Positions 28,848-34,829 of a DNA stretch of 34,829 bases are shown here, one piece after another. The position numbers were made by a program, and so were the translations under genes. The notes beneath the pieces were generated by a model. That model searched no databases, had not been told where the DNA came from, and was given only the letters and a program-made list of their open reading frames with translations. Every line of letters begins with the position of its first letter. Position 1 is the stretch's first letter. The stretch lies in sequence record DRR378314_2384. One strand, written 5' to 3'.

Positions 28848-29657
28848 CTAGTGACCGTACACCCGCATCTGGGTGTTGGTGATCGCCAGGTCATCAATGA
28901 AGATCTGGCCGATCGAGGCCTGCCCCACAATCACCTCCTGCATACCGATATCCGCCGCAAAGCTGGGCATATCGATCGCCAGGGAGGAACCACCGTCGGC
29001 ACGCTGGCCGTTGTAGATGTACAGGTCCACTTCCGCGAACAGGTCCAACACGCTCGGGAAGGTCTGGTCGTAGTCCGCACCGGTCAGTGAAAGGCCACGA
29101 ATGCCCACCGCCGCAAACGGCACATCGAAATCCATCACTTCAATGGCGAACGCCGAACGCAGCCGCATGACGTCAGTGTCTGTATCGATGTGGATAGAGC
29201 CACGCCCCAACACACCCTCAATGAACAGGTTGTCCATCAGCGCCGTGTTCTGGCCGCCCTGCCCCCACAGTTCCCACGCACCGGAGGTTACCCGGAAATC
29301 AATGGCGTTGAAGTATTGCGGGCGGATATTGATCGCCGCATCACCGTCGGCAAGCACGTCAATGTCGATACGGATGTTGTCCAGCAGGTCATTGGAGTCC
29401 GGCCCACCCAGGCCGTTGAAGCCAAAGAAGTCCGTTCGTTCCGCACCGCCGATACTGATGTCGCTCACCGTCAACGACCCTTCGTCGGTGTAGATAAAGC
29501 GGTCCATATTGATCTTGGTTTCAAGCTCAATGGACACACCGGCCTGGCCGGTGATGTTCCCCATCACGCTGTCATCCAGCATTTCTATGTCTGCCATTGC
29601 GGCAGCAGGTAACCCTGCGACGCCCAGCGCAAGCAGTGTTCGTTTCAGGCCTTTCAT
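28848..29657 (-). CDS. Secreted DUF6160 / FilA-like protein
   Basis: Signal peptide, then MLDDSVMGNITGQAGVSIEL; C-term IGQIFIDDLAITNTQMRVYGH. Confidence 0.8.
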   Translation of the reverse strand: MKGLKRTLLALGVAGLPAAAMADIEMLDDSVMGNITGQAGVSIELETKINMDRFIYTDEGSLTVSDISIGGAERTDFFGFNGLGGPDSNDLLDNIRIDIDVLADGDAAINIRPQYFNAIDFRVTSGAWELWGQGGQNTALMDNLFIEGVLGRGSIHIDTDTDVMRLRSAFAIEVMDFDVPFAAVGIRGLSLTGADYDQTFPSVLDLFAEVDLYIYNGQRADGGSSLAIDMPSFAADIGMQEVIVGQASIGQIFIDDLAITNTQMRVYGH

Positions 29658-29818
29658 TATTATGTTCCTTTTATAGTCGTTTTCACTTCCTGTGGGCCAC
29701 TACCTCGTACGACGCCACATCACTACTTTAGCGACAGGTACAAAACGGGTACGTGCATCGTTCACATTTAACTGACTTTATGAACTTTTTTTCAGGTTTT
29801 TCGCTGCACAGTTTTTGA

Positions 29819-29834
29819 CCACAACATCTAGTGG
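29819..29834. promoter_or_regulatory. NrdR box 1
   Basis: CCACAACATCTAGTGG versus consensus acaCwAtATaTwGtgt. Confidence 0.75.
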
Positions 29835-29920
29835 TTTCCAGTAAAACGCCTCAAGACGGCGTTTCTGCGGGCATTTCAGGAGTTTCAAGCATTCATCCAT
29901 TGATTTTCTTTCGCTATGAG

Positions 29921-29999
29921 CCGCAATCTATAGTTGTCTTCTTATTCACAGACCACTATATCCTGTTATACTCATTCCATATTCACCCATATATAGGGT
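29921..29999. promoter_or_regulatory. Three tandem NrdR boxes over the putative nrdJ promoter
   Basis: CCGCAATCTATAGTTG (29921), CCACTATATCCTGTTA (29953) and CACCCATATATAGGGT (29984), spaced 32 and 31 bp; TTGTCT-N17-TATATC overlaps them. Confidence 0.75.
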
Positions 30000-30108
30000 T
30001 TGCTCGGCCCGCCCACCACAAGCGGCGTACCAGGGAACCACGCGGGTGACCATCTTTCCTGAAAACCCGCTGCTGCGCCCTTTCCGGGTGGGCTGCGGGT
30101 TTAGAAAA

Positions 30109-30124
30109 ACACCAGATCTAGTGT
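30109..30124. promoter_or_regulatory. NrdR box 5 (in the leader)
   Basis: ACACCAGATCTAGTGT. Confidence 0.7.
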
Positions 30125-30243
30125 TTCACCGGATCTGAAGCATAACGGCCTTCCAGGCCGAGACATCTTAACGACACATGGGGTATGGCCGGCTGCGATT
30201 TGCAGCGGCCATCAAAAGACATACCGGACATCCGAGGGTGGCA

Positions 30244-32382
30244 ATGAACGCTAAAGCACAGGCAGTGATAACAACAATTCCAATGCAGGAAGCTTCGCTG
30301 GACATCTGGAACAGCAAGTACCAACTTAAAACCAAGACCGGCGAACCCGTCGATAAGGACATCGAAGCGACCTACGAGCGCGTTGCCACTGCCCTTTCCG
30401 AAGTGGAAAACAAAGCCAACCGTGCCAAGCACAAGAAAGAATTCGTCTGGGCCCTGCGCCACGGTGCCATCCCCGCTGGCCGCATTACCTCCAACGCCGG
30501 CGCGGAAGCCCACAAACCAGCCACGTCCACCATCAACTGCACCGTGTCTGGCTCCGTTCAGGACTCCATGAACGACATCCTGGAGAAAAACCACGAAGCC
30601 GGCCTCACCCTCAAAGCCGGTTGCGGTATTGGTTATGAATTCTCCACCCTGCGCCCCCGGGGTGCCTACGTTGCCGGTGCGGGTGCCACCACCTCCGGCC
30701 CGCTGTCGTTCATGGATATCTTCGACCGCATGTGCTTCACCGTGTCTTCCGCCGGTGGCCGCCGTGGTGCGCAGATGGCCACTTTCGACGTGCACCACCC
30801 GGACGTGATCGACTTCATCCAGGCCAAGCGTGAAGACGGCCGCCTGCGCCAGTTCAACCTGTCCCTGTTGATCACCGAAGACTTCATCGAAGCCGTGCGC
30901 AACGGCGACGACTGGCACCTGTCCTTTCCCGTCACTGAAAAAGAAGTGGAAGACGAAGGCCTGGACCTGTCCGACGAAACCCAGTTTGTGTACCGCGACT
31001 TCCCGATCCAGAAAGGTTACGTGGTCAATGGCGAAGGCAAGGTTGCGTGCCGCATCTACCGCACCCTGAAAGCCCAGTTCATCTGGGACACCATCATGAC
31101 CAGCACCTACGACTACGCCGAGCCAGGGTTCATCCTGATCGACAAGGTCAACCAGATGAACAACAACTGGTTCTGCGAAGACATCCGCGCCACCAACCCC
31201 TGTGGCGAGCAGCCCCTGCCCCCGTACGGCAGCTGCCTGCTGGGCTCTGTGAACCTGACCATGTTCGTGGACTACCCGTTCACCGACAAGGCCAGCTTCA
31301 ACTATGAGAAGTACCGCAAAGTTGTGGGTATCTTCACCCGCATGCTGGACAACGTAGTGGAAATCAATGGCCTGCCGCTGGAAGAGCAGCGCCACGAAAT
31401 CACCTACAAGCGCCGCCACGGCATGGGCATCCTCGGCCTGGGTTCCACCCTCGCCATGCTGCGTATGCCTTACGGCTCGTCCGAATCCGTGCAGTTTACC
31501 GAGGAAGTCGTACGTGAAATGGCCGTGGAAGGCTGGCGCCAGTCCCTGGCCCTGGCCGACGAAAAAGGCCCGGCGCCGATCATGAACGACGACTTTGAAG
31601 TTACCCCCAAGATGCTGACCAAGTGCCCTCAACTGTCCCAGGACGGCTACAAGCTGGGCGACAAGCTCAAGGGCAAGGTGCTGCACGCCAAGTACAGCAA
31701 GTACATGCAGCAGATCGCCGGCGTGGAGCCGGAGCTGATCGAGCAACTGGCCGAGAAAGGTGGCCGCTTCACGCACCACACCTCCATCGCGCCCACCGGC
31801 ACCATCAGCCTGTCACTGGCCAACAACGCCAGTAACGGCATCGAGCCGAGCTTCTCGCACCACTACGCGCGCAACATCATCCGCGAAGGTCGCAAGACCA
31901 AGGAAAAAGTCGACGTATTCTCCTTCGAGCTGCTGGCCTACCGCCACCTGGTCAACCCCGGTGCCATGCCCTTCTCCGAAGAAGAAGACAAGCGCCTGCC
32001 CCACTACTTCACCACGTCTGAAGACGTGACGCCGGCGCAGCACGTAGACATCCAGGCCGCGGCCCAACTGTGGGTGGACTCGTCCATCTCCAAGACCGCC
32101 AACGTGCCCCAGGACTTCGCGTATCCGGACTTCAAAGACATCTACATGTACGCCTACGACAAAGGCCTGAAGGGTTGCACCACCTTCCGCTTTAACCCGG
32201 AAGCCTTCCAGGGCGTGCTGGTTCAGGAGAAAGACCTGGAAAACACACTGTACGAATTCACCCTGGACGACGGCAGCAAGGTCACCCTCAAGGGCAACGA
32301 ACAGGTGGAGTACGACGGCGAGCTCCATAACGCCGCCAACCTGTTTGATGCGCTTAAAGAAGGCACCTACGGCAAATACTGA
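30244..32382 (+). CDS. nrdJa: Class II (adenosylcobalamin-dependent) ribonucleotide reductase, catalytic subunit
   Basis: PAGRITSNAG, TINCTVS, SAGGRRGAQM, ATNPCGEQPL, TSIAPTGTISL, GLKGCTTFR; likely start MNAKAQ at 30244. Confidence 0.95.
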   Translation: MNAKAQAVITTIPMQEASLDIWNSKYQLKTKTGEPVDKDIEATYERVATALSEVENKANRAKHKKEFVWALRHGAIPAGRITSNAGAEAHKPATSTINCTVSGSVQDSMNDILEKNHEAGLTLKAGCGIGYEFSTLRPRGAYVAGAGATTSGPLSFMDIFDRMCFTVSSAGGRRGAQMATFDVHHPDVIDFIQAKREDGRLRQFNLSLLITEDFIEAVRNGDDWHLSFPVTEKEVEDEGLDLSDETQFVYRDFPIQKGYVVNGEGKVACRIYRTLKAQFIWDTIMTSTYDYAEPGFILIDKVNQMNNNWFCEDIRATNPCGEQPLPPYGSCLLGSVNLTMFVDYPFTDKASFNYEKYRKVVGIFTRMLDNVVEINGLPLEEQRHEITYKRRHGMGILGLGSTLAMLRMPYGSSESVQFTEEVVREMAVEGWRQSLALADEKGPAPIMNDDFEVTPKMLTKCPQLSQDGYKLGDKLKGKVLHAKYSKYMQQIAGVEPELIEQLAEKGGRFTHHTSIAPTGTISLSLANNASNGIEPSFSHHYARNIIREGRKTKEKVDVFSFELLAYRHLVNPGAMPFSEEEDKRLPHYFTTSEDVTPAQHVDIQAAAQLWVDSSISKTANVPQDFAYPDFKDIYMYAYDKGLKGCTTFRFNPEAFQGVLVQEKDLENTLYEFTLDDGSKVTLKGNEQVEYDGELHNAANLFDALKEGTYGKY

Positions 32383-32410
32383 TCCCGGGAACCGACACAG
32401 GACAACGAAC

Positions 32411-33100
32411 ATGACCGTTAAAATCAGCAACAAAATCGTCGGCTACCGCGTAAAGAAAGCCGACCCCGAAGCAGCACAACCAGCCGCACAGCCGGAAACC
32501 AAACCGGTTGAGATGAACGAATACATCGAACGGCCGGACTTCCTGCTGGGCACCACCTACAAGATCAAACCGCCGGTGGCCGAGCACGCGATGTACATCA
32601 CGATTAACGACATCCTGCTCAACGAAGGCACCGACCACGAAAGCCGGCAGCCGTACGAAGTGTTCATCAACTCCAAGTCGATGGAACACTTCCAGTGGGT
32701 TATCGCCCTCACCCGCGTTGTCTCCGCCGTGTTCCGCAAAGGCGGCGACGTGACCTTCCTGGTGGAAGAACTGCGCAGCGTGTACGACCCCAACGGCGGC
32801 TACTTCAAGAAAGGCGGCGTGTTCATGCCCTCTCTCGTCGCCGAAATCGGCGCCGTGATCGAGAAGCACCTCAAGGCGATCGGCCTGATTGAAAGCGAGG
32901 AAATGAGCGAAGTCACCAAACGCATCCTCGCCGAAAAACGCGCCGAATTCGAAGCCAGCCACACCACGGCCACGAACGACGACAAAGCCGGCGACTACCC
33001 ACCCAACGCCACCATGTGCGGCAAGTGCAGCACCAAGGCGGTGATTGTGATGGATGGGTGTGCGACTTGCCTGTCTTGTGGCGATAGTAAGTGCGGTTGA
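32411..33100 (+). CDS. nrdJb: Class II ribonucleotide reductase small subunit (TSCPD domain + C-terminal Cys cluster)
   Basis: ERPDFLLGTTYKIK, YITINDI, CGKC...DGCATCLSCGDSKCG; start at ATG 32411. Confidence 0.93.
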   Translation: MTVKISNKIVGYRVKKADPEAAQPAAQPETKPVEMNEYIERPDFLLGTTYKIKPPVAEHAMYITINDILLNEGTDHESRQPYEVFINSKSMEHFQWVIALTRVVSAVFRKGGDVTFLVEELRSVYDPNGGYFKKGGVFMPSLVAEIGAVIEKHLKAIGLIESEEMSEVTKRILAEKRAEFEASHTTATNDDKAGDYPPNATMCGKCSTKAVIVMDGCATCLSCGDSKCG

Positions 33101-33126
33101 GGTGATTGACTGCGATGTGTGATGGG

Positions 33127-33161
33127 AAGGCCTGGAGTGTTAAAGCTTCGGGCCTTTTTTT
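33127..33161 (+). terminator. Intrinsic terminator of nrdJab
   Basis: AAGGCCTGGAG-N8-CTTCGGGCCTT followed by a T-run. Confidence 0.85.
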
Positions 33162-33299
33162 GTTTTGGGGGATGGGATAGTGAGAAACCAGCTAGAACAC
33201 AAGACCTGTGAATCTCCCAGGGCACCCCCTTCACTAGCGATCGAGTTGCTCGCGCTCGTGAGTTCCAAGCGTAATGTTTTATGTGCCTAAAATAAAGCA

Positions 33300-34691
33300 A
33301 TGAAACCTATAAAAGCCAAATATACTGAAATTGTCTTACTGCTAGCTAGGTTGATCCCTTGGATCTTTCCTAAGTGGCTTCGATTTATTGCAAAGAGCTA
33401 TTCTCGAAAAGAACGAGAGTCAATCCAGCACCTATATGAAAAGGAGGATCGAATAAAGTCTGTCAGTCTTTTTGACGGAAGCTTCAAATGGAAAGCTATT
33501 AGCGTAGTTTTAAAGATTGATCATGATGAGTTGGATTCAATTCGCCGATGGCTAAAGTCCAATGCGTCTCCAAGAGATTACAACCCTGATAGAGATGACG
33601 CCGTTTTTAAAAACAGGTATGACCATGATGGTGGGTTCAGGAATTTAGGTTGGATTCATTTTCACAGAGAAGATAGACTGACTTCCCTAATAAGGATGGA
33701 GGAAGAAACAGAGTTTTGTGACTCTTGTTATGTGTCTTTGTCCAAGTATTCATATGGCATTAACTACTTGTCCTTATATTTCTTCCTTAAAGAATCCGCA
33801 ACAGAAATGGTCTGCAACGTGAATGTTAGCGAGATAAAGAGGTACTACACTTTTGCGTCCGCAAACCCATTTTCACAGCAATTTAGAGCTATTCAGCATC
33901 ATAATAAACGAAACCTAGTTGAAGAACTCATAAATGAAAATATAAACAAGGTTTGCAGCGATGTAGGCAGTATGGCTAAAAAGGTCCTTAGTCTCTGGCG
34001 AATAACTAAGGATGAATCGAATTTAAGGCTAATTGCAGATATCTACCGAGATACTGATGAGCCGTATTTTATTGAAGTCGATGAAGGTGATGATGGCAGT
34101 CATGTTCACGTTTGTCGAAGAAATTTCGGCTTCTTTGATGAAAAATTAAGCCGTGATGATTCAGAACACTTCTTAAGTCGTCATGTGGTTGAGAAGAACG
34201 ATTTAGATGCGTTGTTTATAAAGAGCAAAAGCTTAGAGAAATTTGACCAGTTTGATAATTTTGCTAGGAAAGGGCTGACTCTTTACGACTCACACATATT
34301 TATATCAATGTTTATTGATGTGGCAAAACAACAAGTAGAGATTTCGAAGTATGCAAATTCAGCACTGTTGAAGAACTCAAACAAGGTTGAAAAAAACTAT
34401 GACATACTTTTCGAGTCCACCAATAAACTGGAATCTTTAAGGGAAAATATTTTGGCGATTCAGCAGGAAATTCCTCGTAGCTGTATGGAATCATACTCAG
34501 ATAGCGCAAAACGAATTGCAGAGCATAGACTCAAGCTTGCTGACAAACTAAAAGAATCTATAGATAACAGGCTGTCAAGCTTAAATAGTGAAATGCAGGT
34601 TCAAAACCTGAGATTTAATAGGAAGTATTCGTTGCTTGTCGGTCTTTTAATTATAATTCAGATCGCACTAGCAGCTTTAACAATAGACTAG
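33300..34691 (+). CDS. Hypothetical protein with C-terminal coiled coil and transmembrane helix
   Basis: 463-aa ORF in AT-rich DNA; helical stretch, then YSLLVGLLIIIQIALAALT; no family recognised. Confidence 0.85.
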   Translation: MKPIKAKYTEIVLLLARLIPWIFPKWLRFIAKSYSRKERESIQHLYEKEDRIKSVSLFDGSFKWKAISVVLKIDHDELDSIRRWLKSNASPRDYNPDRDDAVFKNRYDHDGGFRNLGWIHFHREDRLTSLIRMEEETEFCDSCYVSLSKYSYGINYLSLYFFLKESATEMVCNVNVSEIKRYYTFASANPFSQQFRAIQHHNKRNLVEELINENINKVCSDVGSMAKKVLSLWRITKDESNLRLIADIYRDTDEPYFIEVDEGDDGSHVHVCRRNFGFFDEKLSRDDSEHFLSRHVVEKNDLDALFIKSKSLEKFDQFDNFARKGLTLYDSHIFISMFIDVAKQQVEISKYANSALLKNSNKVEKNYDILFESTNKLESLRENILAIQQEIPRSCMESYSDSAKRIAEHRLKLADKLKESIDNRLSSLNSEMQVQNLRFNRKYSLLVGLLIIIQIALAALTID

Positions 34692-34774
34692 GGTGAGTTG
34701 GACGACAAGCAAGATTCTTTAGCTCTTAGGAAGAGCAGTCATGAGAGGGAACATAGCGCAGATGACAGAGACAA

Positions 34775-34800
34775 ACATAACAAGGCGCTGCTGTCGGACT
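34775..34800 (+). repeat. Left arm of an attC-like site (truncated)
   Basis: ACATAAC (inverse core, one mismatch to RYYYAAC) followed by AAGGCGCTGCTGTCGGAC; the complementary right arm is absent from the window. Confidence 0.65.
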
Positions 34801-34829
34801 TGGACTTCCCCCACTCTAATGGACACGCA
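34801..34829. mobile_element. Probable terminal inverted repeat of an IS3-family element
   Basis: TGGACTTCCCCCACTCTAATGGACA: starts with TG and has the C-tract/GGACA layout of IS3-family ends; no transposase is visible in the window. Confidence 0.5.

Larger units (their letters stand above)
33271..34800 (+). mobile_element. Putative integron-type gene cassette with no integrase in the window
   Basis: AT-rich single ORF with a short leader, bounded by GTAATGTTT (33271) and AAACATAAC (34773-34781), which are reverse complements at 8/9; followed by an attC-like left arm. Confidence 0.65.

Noticed and set aside
29752-29766. Possible CRP site upstream of the DUF6160 gene
   Set aside because: CGTGC-N5-TCACA has the wrong spacing; only a half site.
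30000-30243. Cobalamin riboswitch upstream of nrdJa
   Set aside because: No B12 box or GCCACTG/GGGAAG core elements visible.
30118-31779. 553-aa minus-strand ORF
   Set aside because: Antisense shadow of nrdJa.
1-34829. CRISPR array, prophage, integrase or transposase genes
   Set aside because: No repeat-spacer pattern and no such ORFs seen within the window.

Overview
Chromosomal window from a GC-rich marine gammaproteobacterium; gene content and style suggest Marinobacter (inference). From left to right: the 5' half of a tRNA-Leu(CAA) with its sigma70 promoter (missed by the ORF track); a complete minus-strand flgBCDEFGHIJKL cluster with three sigma54 promoters and phased CGGCAA motifs; nitroreductase; DUF962 plus a CyaB-type adenylate cyclase; queF; a yadGH-like ABC pair; two uncharacterised lipoproteins; a degenerate HD-GYP gene behind a perfect CRP/Vfr box; a PilZ protein; an Fe(III) binding protein and permease with no ATPase; a YiiD-like thioesterase; an acyl-CoA synthetase; a three-gene ABC importer; a lone DUF6160/FilA-like gene; and a split class II ribonucleotide reductase (nrdJa/nrdJb) with five NrdR-like boxes and a structured leader. 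The last ~1.7 kb is AT-rich and looks like an integron-type gene cassette with no integrase in the window. It encodes an unknown membrane-anchored protein with a possible premature amber stop, and its attC site appears to be cut by an IS3-family-like end at the window edge. All calls come from reading the sequence; no searches were run.
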